Positions 30,952 through 44,174 of a stretch of DNA of 64,000 nucleotides are shown here, one piece after another. Numbering within the stretch: the first letter of the stretch is position 1; each line of letters opens with the position of its first letter. The position numbers and the translations under genes are program-made. The notes under the pieces were generated by a model, which searched no databases, was not told the origin of the DNA, and was given only the letters and a program-made list of their open reading frames with translations. This DNA comes from Octopus vulgaris. Its lineage: Eukaryota. The stretch is from the NCBI GenBank assembly GCA_951406725.2, contig OX597832.1, forward strand, positions 55,924,001-55,988,000, given 5' to 3'.

Positions 30952-32146
30952 TTACAAAGATATTATTACTCATTCTTGTATTTACGTACGTACTCTCACT
31001 ATCAACGCAACCACAGTATGTTGCCGCTGCTACTGCTGTTGTCACTGCTGCTACTGCTCCTGCTGCTGCTGCTAATCTGTGTTAAATACTCAATACCTAT
31101 TTGGAAACAGTCGCATTTTTAACCCAGAATTTGCTCATAAGCGGAAGTTGTCTATTTTTTAACCTTTAAGGCAATTTATATTAACGTACGTCTGCCAAAT
31201 ACATCATACCACGCTATAGTGCACAGAGTCTTTAATAACCTTCTTTCATTCTAGACACTCCTTCAGATCTTTGATTTGTTTTTTTCGCTTGTTTTTTTTT
31301 TGGGGGGGGGGGGTATTTTCCTAGCTCTCTCTTTTTTTGCTTTTTATTTATTCACTCATTTCTTTTCTTTTTTCTTTCTTTTTTCATTACAATGTTTTCT
31401 TTGTATGATATTCCTTCCACGTTGGTTTTATGTTTCTCTTCTATGAAAACAAGAGAAAACGAAACTCTAATGTGTACAGGGTAAAATTGCAAAACTTGCA
31501 ACAGTCTCGTGGACAAGGCGTGACCTCTCGTCAGATTAAACGATTTCCCACGAGATTATGACTAAAAACGTGTGAAGTGTCCAACACGAGAATAGATGAT
31601 GCGTCATGAAAGATAAGACGATGGCTCTGCAAATAGTGGAACTAAATAATTGGAATCTGTCTATGTACTTCCCACAGGAATGGATTTTTATTGAGAAAAA
31701 TCAACGACACAATTGCATCTGACCTCGTGTGACAGTGTCGTGTGGTGGTTTTATAAGATGGCGTTTTGTGGTGGTGACAGGGAAGAATTGTAGAAGCAAT
31801 ACGATGCCAGTCTAAAGAAATAATGGTAATTTTTTTTTTAGAAAAGCTTATCAAAATTTCGTTCCAGTTAATGATCCTGTTATTGGAATATCAGCGTTTA
31901 TCTTTTATCTTTTATCATTTATCTTTACTAGTTTCGATCATTGGACTGCGGCCATGCTGGTGCACCACTTTCAAAAATCTAGTCAAACAAATCGACCCCA
32001 ATACTTGGAGTAATTTTTTTTCTAAGTTTGATGCTTATTCTATCGTTCACTTTTGCCTAACTGATAAATTACGTGTGTGTAAATAAACGAACAGCGGTTA
32101 TCAAGTAACGGTGCAGGTGCAGGACATGCACAAAGACAGACACACA

Positions 32147-32336
32147 TGCGTAGGAGTGGCTGTGTGGTAAGTAGCTTGCTTACCAACCACATGGTTCCGG
32201 GTTCAGTCCCACTGCGTGTCACCTTCGGCAAGTGTCTTCTACTATAGCTTCGGGCCGACCAAAACCTTGTGAGTGGATTTGGTAGACGGAAACTGAATGA
32301 AGCCCGTCGTATATATGTATATGTATATATATATAC

Positions 32337-32368
<32 letters not shown>

Positions 32369-32572
32369 GTGTGTATGTGCGTATATGTTTATGTGTCTGT
32401 GTTTGTCCTCCTCACCAAACATCGCTTGACAACCGATGCTGGTGTGCTCACGTCCCCGTAACTTCGCGGTTCGGCAAGAGAGACCGATAGAATAAGAACT
32501 AGGCTTACAAAGAATAAGGCGGTGCTCCGGCATGGCCACAGTCACATGACTGAAACAAGTAAAAGAGTAAAG
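32147..32572 (+). mobile_element. SINE family B
   Basis: Near full-length copy. Confidence 0.9.
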
Positions 32573-32639
32573 TAAACAACATGTTGTACGGAGCGCCTCA
32601 TGGATAGATATACATACATATGCGTGTGTATGTTTGGAA

Positions 32640-32720
<81 letters not shown>

Positions 32721-32785
32721 TATAGTTACACAGTCACACAGACTCACACACACACACATTTATATACATATATATACATACATAC

Positions 32786-32825
<40 letters not shown>

Positions 32826-33357
32826 ACATACATACATACATACATAAATACATACATACATACATACATACATACATACATACATACATACATACATACA
32901 TACATACATACATACATGAATGTATAGACACAGATACATATGTATATGTTAAATGGCATCAATGTGAAGGACAACCAAGCAAATAACAACATCTAGTATT
33001 ACGTGGAATAACACTTAATCAAACGAATTAATTCGTCGTAGAAAGCTAAAGAACAAACGAACAAACTAAAAGAAAATTAAACAAAATAAAAAAATATATA
33101 TAAGAGCAAAAACTGTATTCTGCAAAAGTGGAAGCACTTAAATTATTGCGACATTATTTATTCACATCGCAATTGATAAACGGTTGAATACAGATTTCCA
33201 ATAGATCAATTATTGGGTTGTTAATGATAAAAGTCACAAACGAGCATGTGTGACCCAATGGAAAAAAACTTTGTCCGAAGTTTGTCTTTTGTTCTTGTGG
33301 GTCTCCTCGGTCGATACATATCGCTGGCCGATCTGTGTGTATGTGTGTGCGTGTGTA

Positions 33358-33399
<42 letters not shown>

Positions 33400-33729
33400 C
33401 ATACACACACAAACGGGTTTGTATGATTGTGTATAAAAGAATATATTACTCAGAGGAATTGCAACTCTGTTTTTTAGGTTTTATTTATATTCTTATAATA
33501 TTAATATAGGATATAGAATATAGAATATATAGAAAGAAGAAATGAAATGAAGTATTTATTGTCTTATTGAAATGAAATGAAGTATTGATTGTCTTATTGA
33601 ACAAATGAAATATTGAAAATTAAATATTAAATGTCTATTCTCATTGACCTAGTATACATTCTTGCATTTAAGCATTCATCAAGTTCAGATTGTGACAGGA
33701 ACGCTTCGACAGCTATATATATATATAGC

Positions 33730-33890
33730 TGAAATTTACAGGAAAACAGAAGACGAAGATGGGTGTATAAACAACAAACAGGTGTATTAGTTTAACACTC
33801 AGGAAGGTGGGAAGGTCTTTTACGTTTCGAGCCTACGCTCTTCAACAGAAAGGAACACGATGAAATAAACAGAGAGAGAGAGAATGAAAA
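33730..33890 (-). mobile_element. PLE-like repeat P2 with a minimal hammerhead variant (33817-33852)
   Basis: Minus strand: CUUU CUGUUGA A GAGC GUAG GCUC GAA ACGU A AAAG. All helices are intact, and position 6 is U instead of A. Confidence 0.68.
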
Positions 33891-34171
33891 AAAAAACTTT
33901 TGGAGTTACGTACGGATATATACAAATGAGTAACACTGCACTTCGGAAGTATTTGGAAAGTATCTTTATATGAAGTATATGTCTGCGCAAACAGCGGATT
34001 TATTCACTAAGCTGGATTGTGACATCTGCAGACACTGCAAGAATATCAGGTGGGAAAAAGTGGTGTAGGGTTTGATACTCAACTAATACTGTTTGAGTGA
34101 GTAAATATGTTTGGCCTAACTAGACGCCTCCATTTAAGTACCAAATTCAACTGAATCTAAATTACCGGTAT

Positions 34172-34365
34172 TCGCCATGATAGATCGCTAGCCATTACAC
34201 ATTCTTTAATTTTCCTCATTGTTTCTTTCTGTGTTCCTTTCTGTGGAAGAGCGCAGGCTCGAAACGTTAAAGACTTTTTCACTTCCCGAGCCTTATACTA
34301 ATACATCTGTTTGTTATCTACACCACCTGTCTTCGTCTTTTGTTTTTTTTGTGAATTCTCCCTAC
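34172..34365 (+). mobile_element. PLE-like repeat P2 with a minimal hammerhead variant (34237-34272)
   Basis: CUUU CUGUGGA A GAGC GCAG GCUC GAA ACGU U AAAG. Confidence 0.68.
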
Positions 34366-34373
34366 ATATATAT

Positions 34374-34678
34374 ATATTATATAGAGGGCACTATTATTCA
34401 TAGGTACCGCACGCTAGGATGGACTTTTGCAGTCAAAACTACTAAAATAAACAACTTGTACCGAATGCAAAACTTCAAAGCAAGTCGGTAAAATTTGTTT
34501 ATTTTAGTAGTTTTGACTGCAAAAGTCCCTCCTAGCGTGCGGTACCTATGAATAATAGTACCCTCTATATAATATAAATAAATATTTTCAAAGTGGAAAA
34601 ATTTACAGATTTTTTCCTCTTACGAGGTTTTTCACGCTAACTACTGATAATTTCTTATAAAGATTTTATCCTTAATTT

Positions 34679-34682
<4 letters not shown>
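34374..34682. mobile_element. Family P4 fold-back element: ~90-bp inverted arms (34374-34464 / 34485-34575)
   Basis: Near-perfect inverted repeat with a 20-bp spacer, flanked by (TA)n. The left arm plus spacer equals 52769-52878, which continues into a hammerhead. Confidence 0.8.
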
Positions 34683-34755
<73 letters not shown>

Positions 34756-35088
34756 GGGCAATAGAATTTTTGACCACAAAGCAGCTGAAATATTTCCCGC
34801 CAGTCAACAAGTAAGGATTATGTCCCTTTGTATTAAATACGTTCTAAGAAAACACCACGTGATTCTTTATAGACGTTTACCAAAATGTTAATATCTGAAA
34901 TAAGAAGATTATTAAGAACTTGAAATTCCGTCACGCCGGATTACCAAATAATGTTCGCCATAAATAACGTAAAAAAACAAAAAAAATCTCCACCGTTGGC
35001 ACTCTGGCTGCGGTGATGACAAGATGGCGACGATGATGGCAACGGCAAGAGCGAACATTTTGTACGTTGTTGTCATTGTTGTTGTTGT

Positions 35089-35122
<34 letters not shown>

Positions 35123-35634
35123 ATAAATAAGTGAAGCGTAAGAAGCTCGCCTCGCCCGAACATCCACCCCCGTCGCTCGACATCATTGATAACAAAGAGG
35201 ACGCTGTGTACGGTCCAAAATGAAGTATCATATTGTTGTTGTTGATGTTGCTGTTTGTTGCTGTTTGTTGTTGTTTGTTTGTTTGTTTGTTGTTGTTGTT
35301 GTTGTTGTTTGCAATGATAATGATTGCTGATTGAAGCAACAATCCGCCCATCCGGTTTGAGTGTTGGTTTCGAGGGTAACACGACACAACAATCGTTTAA
35401 ATCATTTCAAAAATCGTCACAGATTGTCACATTTCAACTCCTATGTATCTCACATCTAAATGTGGTTCCAAAGGACAAACAATATCCTTATCACCATCAC
35501 CATCATCACCACCCCCACGATCCTCATCATCATCATCATCATCATCGTCGTCGCCGTCTTACAGGCGAACATAATCTTATAGCGCAACAAAATGGCTACG
35601 AGGGCGATAACATTGAACCATGATAATAATAATA

Positions 35635-35850
35635 ATCCTTTCTACTATAGACAAAAGGCCTGAAATTTGCGGGGAATGACTAGTCGATCATGTCGATCCC
35701 AGTGTTCAACTGGTACTTGTTTTATCGACTATGAAAGGAAGAAAGGCAAAGTCGACCTCGGCAGCTGAATTTGAACTCAGAACGTGAAGAGCTGAAGAAA
35801 TGCCGCCAAGCATTTTGTCCTCTGTGCTAACGATTCTGCCAGCTCGCCGC
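35635..35850 (-). mobile_element. Diverged SINE family A
   Basis: Family A core on the minus strand. Confidence 0.78.
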
Positions 35851-35865
35851 CAAATAAACATAATC

Positions 35866-35926
<61 letters not shown>

Positions 35927-35940
35927 TAATAATAATAAAT

Positions 35941-36498
35941 AAATGCCCTGATGCAGTACCAGGCAGTGGCTCTCATGGCCTCTGATCTTAACTGATTGGA
36001 AGGGTTATCATGTACATTGTTTTGTCTTGGTATAAAAAGATGGGCTACAGCAAATATTCTGCTCAATACCACAGATTTGCTTGTCAGTTGTTTGACCTTA
36101 ACCAGTTGAGCATGCCCCTTAGTGGCTGACGATATGTGCATCTCTGATCACGAGCAGAAGTAGTGGGGGAGCATCATAACCATGTGTTGAGAGGGATTCT
36201 TTGGGGTTTGAATAATTCACCTCTGGAAACATGGGTGGTTCTTTCAACATCCTTAAATAACCCTTATTCAGGGACTGTTTGAGCAGGATGGGCTACTCAA
36301 CCTGAAGAAAATTCTAACTGGGCCCCACCTGCAAGGTCATGTGCTGTTTATCTTTATATGAGATCACCATGTCGCGCACATATGGTTGTGATGCATGTGC
36401 CTGGTGTACCCTTATCAGACGGGTAGTCATGATGGGTATATGGGCTTCGTATATTTTACCCCAGTGTCACTTTGATGGCATGCACTGCTCTCTCACTC
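35941..36498. mobile_element. ~560-bp non-coding element embedded in an (AAT)n microsatellite
   Basis: Sharp boundaries with (AAT)n on both sides. It is more GC-rich than its flanks, CpG-poor, and has no credible ORF. The class is inferred. Confidence 0.55.
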
Positions 36499-36563
<65 letters not shown>

Positions 36564-37211
36564 TGATGAGGATGATGATAATTTCCTTTCCCCCACTTTA
36601 TTTTATTCGTTGATTTTTCTATCTTTTATTTTTTCCTTTTTCTCTATCATATGACCTTGTAAATGAACCATTTCGTGTGTTTGTTTTAATCGCCTACTAA
36701 TGTATACATGACATTTCTCTGGCCTAGGTGTCACGAAGACACTCGACAAGAAATGGTAACAATTGAAAGATGTTAATGAAAATGATGATGATGATGATAT
36801 GTAATCCTGGCACAAGGTCAGCAACTTCAGGAGATTATATCGATCTCAGTGTCCAATCAGTACTTATTATATTGATCCCTAAAGAATAAAAGGTAAAAGT
36901 CGTCCTTGGTGGAATTTGAACACAGAACGTAGAGTCAGACGAAATTTCGCTAAGTATTTTGTCCGGAGTGCCAACGATTCTGCCGGTACAAGGCTAGTAA
37001 ATTTGAGGAGAGGATGAAATCAGTTACATCGACCCCAGTGCAGAACTGCTACTTATTTTATCGACTCCTGAAGGATGAAAGGCAAAGTCAACTTTAGCGT
37101 GAATCGAACTCAGAACGTACAGAGTCGGAACAAACACAGCAAAGCAATTTATAAAAATATGTTATAAACGGAGGGGCTGAGACAAAAACGTAACATAACA
37201 TATTCAGATTA

Positions 37212-37603
37212 GAGTAAAGATTATTTGCCAACATAACATGGCAGTCCTGGTTTAGGATGAATGTTACTGTAATTTAGCCCCAGGAGACATCGTCTCCAGT
37301 AGGCTATACGACACGATCTGTGTCCTTATATTTTCGAACAAGGGAATCTAGCACCCCGTCTCAGCTCAAAACAATATCTGTGTATCACTATTTCCGGGTT
37401 ATTTCCTTTCATCAGCACAGAACAATTGCTCGGCTAGAGGTGGCGCTGCCAAATTCCCATTCGAAATATATAGTTTTCAAAGTGACAACTAGTCACTGAT
37501 CTATAAATTAGCCAGCTGGAGACAATGTCTCCTGGGGCTAAATTACCGCAACATTCATCCTAAACCAGGACTGCCATGTTATGTTGGCAAATAACCTTTA
37601 CTC
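37212..37603. mobile_element. Family P5 element: 95-bp inverted arms (37212-37306 / 37509-37603) around a hammerhead-bearing spacer
   Basis: GAGTAAAGATTATTTGCCAACATAACATGGCAGTCCTGG... versus ...CCAGGACTGCCATGTTATGTTGGCAAATAACCTTTACTC. Confidence 0.8.
37377..37421 (-). ncRNA. Type I minimal hammerhead motif with a weak stem II
   Basis: Minus strand: UCUGUG CUGAUGA AAGG AAAUAA CCCG GAA AU AGUG AU A CACAGA. Stem I is a perfect 6 bp and the triplet is AUA. Confidence 0.65.
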
Positions 37604-37777
37604 CAAAGTACTGTAGCTGAATATCTCTCGTTGTGAGTTTTACAAATAGTAATTTTCTTTAATCAGATTAGTTAAACATTGATTAAAAGTAATGAACAAG
37701 TGCAACTCATCTACGTAAGGGGTGAGTATGCACTACTTAGGAAAGAACAGGGGACCCTATCCCCGTCCTGCATATCC

Positions 37778-38010
37778 TTATTTCTTTACTACCCACAAGG
37801 GGCTAAACACAGAGAGGACAAACAAGGACAGGCAAACGGATTAAGCCGATTATATCGACCCCAGAGCGTAACTGGTACTTAATTTATCGACCCCGAAAGG
37901 ATGAAAGGCAAAGTCGACCGCGGCGGAATTTGAACTCAGAACGTAGCGGCAGACGAAATACCGCTAAGCATTTCGTCCACTGCGCTAACGCTTCTGCCAA
38001 TTCGTCGCCT
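37778..38010 (-). mobile_element. SINE family A monomer
   Basis: Full-length reverse-complement copy. Confidence 0.88.
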
Positions 38011-39524
38011 ATATACTGCGGAACCATCTTCGCCGTCCTGCATATACTGCGGAACCATCTCCATATACTACGAAACCACCCGGCAACCACGTGTATTACC
38101 TACGAATTCTGCCCACCTTCTCGTTTAATCTTCACTTAAATAATAAGTACGCGCATCTATATGCCCTGTCTCCGTTCAGGGAGCAGCTTATAGTCTATCA
38201 CATATCGGCTGAGATTTCCTTTAGCTCCTCTTTTGAGGTTATATGAAAGTCATCTCTGCTATTGCAATTCAGAATTGTGATGCTTTCTGACTTGATCTTT
38301 CTTGGGTAAATTCTTTGAGAAAGGAATCGTTGTCTTTTTTTTTTCGGAGACCTCTTCTCTACTTTGAAGTTCGCTCATATTGATTTCCTCTTTCTGTTTC
38401 GCAACGCGAACGAAATGTTCACTAGCTGTTGTTCATGCTGTTTTCCTTATTGTCACTAAAGCTTGCATTTCCGCCATTTTTCTGTGTACTTCTTAAATTA
38501 TAATTGCCTGTGTTTATAACCGTGTCTTTTGTTGAATTGTTATGCTATTTTCTGTTTTACTTTTTAAAATCTGTCTTTGAGTTCGCCAACATTTTGATGG
38601 AATCGATTCAATGCTCCCGCCATTATGGCTAACACCTCCACCGACTTCAACATTTACAACGATTTCGAATCAGGAACAAATAATTCTTTCCACGATAGCC
38701 ACAAGGCCTAAATTTGCAAGGAGTGGTCTAGTCGATTAAGTCGACCTAAGTACTCAACTGGTACTTGTTTTATCATTTCCGAAAGGATGAAGAGCCAAGG
38801 TCGATCTTGGTGGGATTTGAACTCAGAACGCAAAACCAGAAGAGACACTGCTCAACCTTCTATCTAGTATGCTAATAATTCGGCTAAGTGGTAACCTTTA
38901 TCACGAATAAACGATACAAACGTCTTTCGCAAAAAAACTACATACCCGATTAAAACAATGTTTAGGCGAACCATCTTTTCCCACCCAGGTAACATGGTGG
39001 TCCCTTGAGTATTCCGATGCCCCAGGAAGAAAACATCTTCAAAACAAAAACAGAAAAATGCTTAGGATGAGTTCATATGTGTCCTCGAGATTGCAAAGCC
39101 TTCCCAACGCTCAGATCCATTATGAGCGCGAAAGCTGTATCAATGAGAATATCAATTTCAAATTTTGACACAAACCCAGCAATTTCAGGGAAGTGGGTAA
39201 GTCGATTACAGTGTTCAACTGGTACTTATTTAATGGACCCCGTCCACAGATTAATCTAGAAATATTGGCCATTTTTACCAAAAGAAGAACTTATTATTTT
39301 ATGCTGAAAGAGTAAAGGGCTAATTAATTGTATTTGGGTACAATAAGATTATGAATAAATGTTTTTTTTTTTCCAGAACATTCTAATTTCAGGGTAGATT
39401 TGGCTTTCCTAATACCTCAAATGTTATTTTCAAAGAGCTGCAACAGACTGATTGAGGATCCCTGCGTTCGAATCTTTCAAAAGGAAAAACAGATTGGATA
39501 ATGGTGTCCGACATACAGTATTCT

Positions 39525-39766
39525 CTTATTTTTTTGACTTATTTCAGTCATTTGACTGCGGCCATGCTGGAGCACTACCGTTTAGTCGAACAAATCGACC
39601 ACAGGACATATTCTTTGTAAGCCTAGTACTTATTCTATCGGTCTGTTTTGCCGAACTGCTAGGTTACAGGGACGTAAAAACACACCAACATCGGTTGTCA
39701 AGCGTTGGTAGGGGGCCAAACACAGAGACACAAATACATACATACATACATACATACATACATACA

Positions 39767-39824
<58 letters not shown>

Positions 39825-40005
39825 CATACATACAAACATATACAATGGGTCTCTTTCGGCTTCTGTCTACCAAATCCACTCACAAGGCTTTGGTCGACTC
39901 TAGGCTATAGTAGAAGATACTTGACCAAGGTAACACGCAGTGGGACTGAACCCGGAACCATGTGGTTGGGAAGAAAGCTTTTTACCCCACAGCCACACCT
40001 GCGCC
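39525..40005 (-). mobile_element. SINE family B with an expanded internal microsatellite
   Basis: Head and tail both match family B. Confidence 0.88.
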
Positions 40006-40539
40006 TATATTTGCTTTTATTTTTTGCTTGCTTGTTTTGTTGGTTTTTTTGTGGGGAGGATGGATTTTTGACGGAAGAAATCACAGATTATAGATCGACT
40101 TGATTAGAGCTGAACCGAGGTCAAACAACACCAACATAAACAACATCAATAACGAAACGCAACAAAAACCAACAACAAACAACAAGCGATGGGGACTTGG
40201 TACGAAGCCATTATTCATTATTTTGTACATAAGGGACGGTGGGTTGATAGAATGGCTTGTGGGTCGGAATAAACATCTTGCTGCTTTTCTACCGCCTCTG
40301 TACGTTCTGCGTTCGATTCCCAACGTGGAAGCTTTTTGCCTTTCTTCTCTTTTGAGCCTATGAATCAAAGTACCAGTAATGTACTGGGGTTGTTGATATC
40401 GATTTTACCTTCTTCACCTTCAAATTGCCAGCCTTATTCTTAAATTAGAAAACATCATTTCGTCTCGAAGATATCGTGCAATACCTGGGTTTCCTGAATT
40501 ACTATTTATACCGCTAGTATTAAGATGGTATATGTATAT

Positions 40540-40705
40540 ATATGCGATGGGCTTCTTTCAGTTTCCATCTACCAAGTCCATTCAGGAGGTTTTGATCGGC
40601 TCGAGGCAATAGTAGAATACACTTGCCCAAGGTGCCACACTGTGGGTGTGAACCCGAAACCATGTGGTTGGGAAGCAAGTTTCTTACCACGCAGTCACGC
40701 CTGCC
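40540..40705 (-). mobile_element. SINE family B, 5' half
   Basis: Diverged reverse-complement match. Confidence 0.75.
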
Positions 40706-41554
40706 CCTTTAAATGAGTTCTTTCTATTATTTCTCAAACCATCAAAACAACAGAGAACATCCAAAAAAGGGGACACATTGAATAAGAGCCTAACCATCAC
40801 GTGATTCATGATTTGGACTATGCCTCTCTCACAGAAAAGCGGTACAACATTATGTCCCCATTTCATTTTTGTATCTCCAGTAAAATCAAAACCGATATGA
40901 AGTTCGATTACGGCATTTCCATTTACTCTCTATTGATTTTAGTCTAGCCGATGAAATCGATACTACACTATGGAATTTCCTGTTTATGGAAGCTGTTCTT
41001 GAAGCGAACATCTCTAGTCTGGAATAGTTAAATACAATCGTCATTTTTATTCTTTTACTGTTTTTGTCCTTTGTTTTTATCTTTTGTTTGTAATTTTTTT
41101 TTTATTATTTAATTTTTTTTTTCTTTTGCAATGATACAAATGTTACATATCACAACAGAATCTTATCAGAGGGCGGCTGTTGTTAGTTGTTTTATTGTTA
41201 CATTTTATGTGATACGGCAATCAATCCACATTAAAACATTTCAAAATGGCTGCTTGAACAATTTAACGCTAAAGTCTGAACGCATAAACACACATTCATT
41301 CTCAAATTCCTGCATTTCGAGATCTTCTAAACACTCTCTGCTTGTATGTATGTACGTACGTACGAATGTATGTATATATATTATACGCGTGTGTGCTTAT
41401 AATATATATATATATATTTTATATGTGTGTGTATATGTGTGTTTGTTTTTATGTCGAGTTATAATAAAACAATTTCACATTAAACTGAACAATTACTCAA
41501 TTCTTTTGGTGGAGAACATACCGTTTTATTCTCTAACCAGAATACTGTGTGTTG

Positions 41555-41599
41555 ACAGTAACTTCGAAGTTTCGGCCTGCTCAGTCTTCATCAGACTGT
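41555..41599 (-). ncRNA. Type I minimal hammerhead motif
   Basis: Minus strand: ACAGU CUGAUGA A GACU GAGCA GGCC GAA ACUUCGAAGU U ACUGU. Stem I is perfect, stem III is a 10-nt perfect palindrome, and the triplet is GUU. Stem II has one A.C mismatch. Confidence 0.78.
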
Positions 41600-41616
41600 T
41601 TTATATATATATATAT

Positions 41617-41665
41617 GAATTCAATTCGTCTCTAGTCGAAAGACGCCTGTTGTGATGTCCTGTTG

Positions 41666-41727
<62 letters not shown>

Positions 41728-42014
41728 GTTGTTGTTGTTTTTGTTTTTTCGTATTATTTTTGTATTTATATTCGTGTAACATCGTCCGTTTTTCCGTCCT
41801 TGTTTCGTATATATTCGATGTTTTTTTTTTTATCAAGGAATCTAATGCTCTTAGCTTAGTTTTTTCCTTGGGGCTGGCCAGATTGGATCAATCTCAAGAT
41901 TAATCAGCCGAAATTGCGAGGATGATCCGGTTCTTGACTGAAGATTAAAGGCTTCGAATGACCCGTCCGTGTTTTTTTGTATCGTCTATCTGGATGTTTT
42001 GCGTTCTTGTCCCT
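41617..42014 (+). mobile_element. PLE-like repeat P1 with an internal (ATT)n expansion
   Basis: Homologous to 260-545, (TA)n-flanked, with CTGAAGA..TTCGAAT at 41938. Confidence 0.65.
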
Positions 42015-42578
42015 TATATATATATGTATGTATATGTGTATGTATGTATATGCATGCTTGTGTATGTATGTGTGCATGTGTATTTATGTGGAGTATGAGG
42101 TGTGTTGTAGGGGATGTTTGCGTACATAATGTTTGTTTATGATTTCTGCTTGTATTGGAAGTGTTGAAGTGAAACACGTGGTGCATAGGCATCAATCATC
42201 CTTCGGGATAAAACGCTGGTGTATTTGAGTAGGATTTGTTTGAAATAAAACAAAGACAAAAAAAAACAAAACAGAAAAGCAATCATAATTAATTAGTTAA
42301 TTATATTATGAAAGAAAAGAAAGGAAATTAAAATAATTAAGGGAGATAATAAATGGTGATAGAGCCCGATAAAGCAAAGAAGGGGAAAAGAAGAAGATAG
42401 GCGTGGATACGGTGCCTCTTGATCATTGCAATGAGTTCAACGAAGTAAAGAACCCATTTTGTTAACTGGTCCCGTTCGTGGTGTAGACATGACATCGAGA
42501 GTCGGGAGATTTATGGTAAACTTTACGGTAATGTGGGCGGGATGGCGGGTAGACAGAAATAGCTGGACGTGAGTGAAT

Positions 42579-42658
<80 letters not shown>

Positions 42659-42822
42659 TAATTACGAGAACCAGTTCAGTTAAGATATCAATTTGAAATG
42701 CTTTCTTTTTATATTTAGGAAACTGGCGAGGAAGAATTAAATTCCAAGATAAAAATCGGTTATTTAAACTGTTTACGATACTAAAGTTTTATCCACAAAT
42801 TACTTTCTTTCTGTTTGTGTTT

Positions 42823-42948
42823 TTCTTCTTCTTCTACTTTTTCTTCTTCTTCTTCTTCTTCTTCTTCTTCTTCTTCTTCTTCTTCTTCTTCTTCTTCTCT
42901 CCTTCTTCTTCTTCTTCTTCTTCTTCTTCTTCTTCTTCTTCTTCTTCT

Positions 42949-42983
<35 letters not shown>

Positions 42984-43039
42984 TTCTTCTTCTTCTTCTT
43001 CTTCTTCTTCTTCTTCTTCTTCTTCTTCTTCTTCTTCTT
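42823..43039. repeat. (TTC)n-(GTC)n-(TTC)n trinucleotide array
   Basis: Directly visible. Confidence 0.97.
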
Positions 43040-43776
43040 TATCTTAAATGTTTTCTCGGGCTATCAAATGAGCTTATGAAGTGTGTTTAGAATGTAAAAA
43101 TTCATTTATTTTAATGTTCTACTCGTTATCTTCTTCCTTTATTTTCGTTTTGTTTCTTTCTCTTTTTTTTTTATCATTTAATGTTCATTTTTCTTTCTTT
43201 TTTATTTTTATTTTCCTTTACCAAACAAAGAATTCCAATATCAAAGACATTTCCTTCAGTCCCTCACCACTTCACATCGTGACTCGTCAGTCTTTCGTTC
43301 ATAGTTGGAATGTTTTACTTTAAACTATTTAATTACTGTTAAATGTCTCCAATATTGAACTTCTATCACAGAGTTACTTTAAATATAAGAGAGAGAGAGA
43401 GAGAGGGAGAGAGAGAGAGAGGGGGAGAGAGAGAGAGAGAGAGAAGCTAGAACTGTCATCATCTTTATCATCGAATTTCTTCGTCTCTATAATTATTTCG
43501 CTCTATTTTTAGCACCCATTCATCTTCATTTCATTTATTTCGTCTGTACTTAACCTATTTGGAATAGCACATATATTTTTACAAAATATAATTTTAACTT
43601 ATATGTTCTGTGCAGCTGTCCTATTTATAATGGCAGTGAGCTTATCTGCTAACGCTGAAAAAGCCCAAAAATCTAAATAAATCTCCATGCATTCATTTTT
43701 TATTCGTTCAACGGCGTTACTTTAGCGTCGCCACAGTATTTGTTTAATGTTGCCTTACATTTCTTTTTTTAGTTGA

Positions 43777-44068
43777 AACACATGGCCTGGTGGTTAGAGC
43801 AGCGGACTCGTGGTTGAGGGATCGCGGGTTCGAATCTCAGACCGGGCGATGTGTGTGTTTATGAGCGAAACACCTAAGCTCCACGCGGCTCCGGCAGAAG
43901 GTAATGGCGAACTTCTGCTGACTCTTTCGCCACAACTTTCTCTCACTCTTTCCTCCTGCATCTTGCGACTGACCGGCGTCCTGTCCAGGTGGGGAACCTA
44001 TACGCCAAGGAAACCGGGAGACCGGCCCTTATGAGCCAGGCGTGGCTCGATAAGGAACAAACAACAAC
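43777..44068 (+). mobile_element. SINE family C
   Basis: A and B boxes and body match 16861-17154. Confidence 0.88.
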
Positions 44069-44174
44069 GCTTGTTTTTTAATGATTTTTTTTCCAAACAA
44101 CGCTTGGGGTCACTGCAGCGCAAATGACTACACAGAAGAAAAAGAACGAGGCCTGCAATTCAAAAAACGTCAGT

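Noticed and set aside
38011-38080. Short triple repeat ATATACTGCGGAACCATCT (similar small duplications at 16562-16600 and 33540-33615)
   Set aside because: These are ordinary local slippage duplications.
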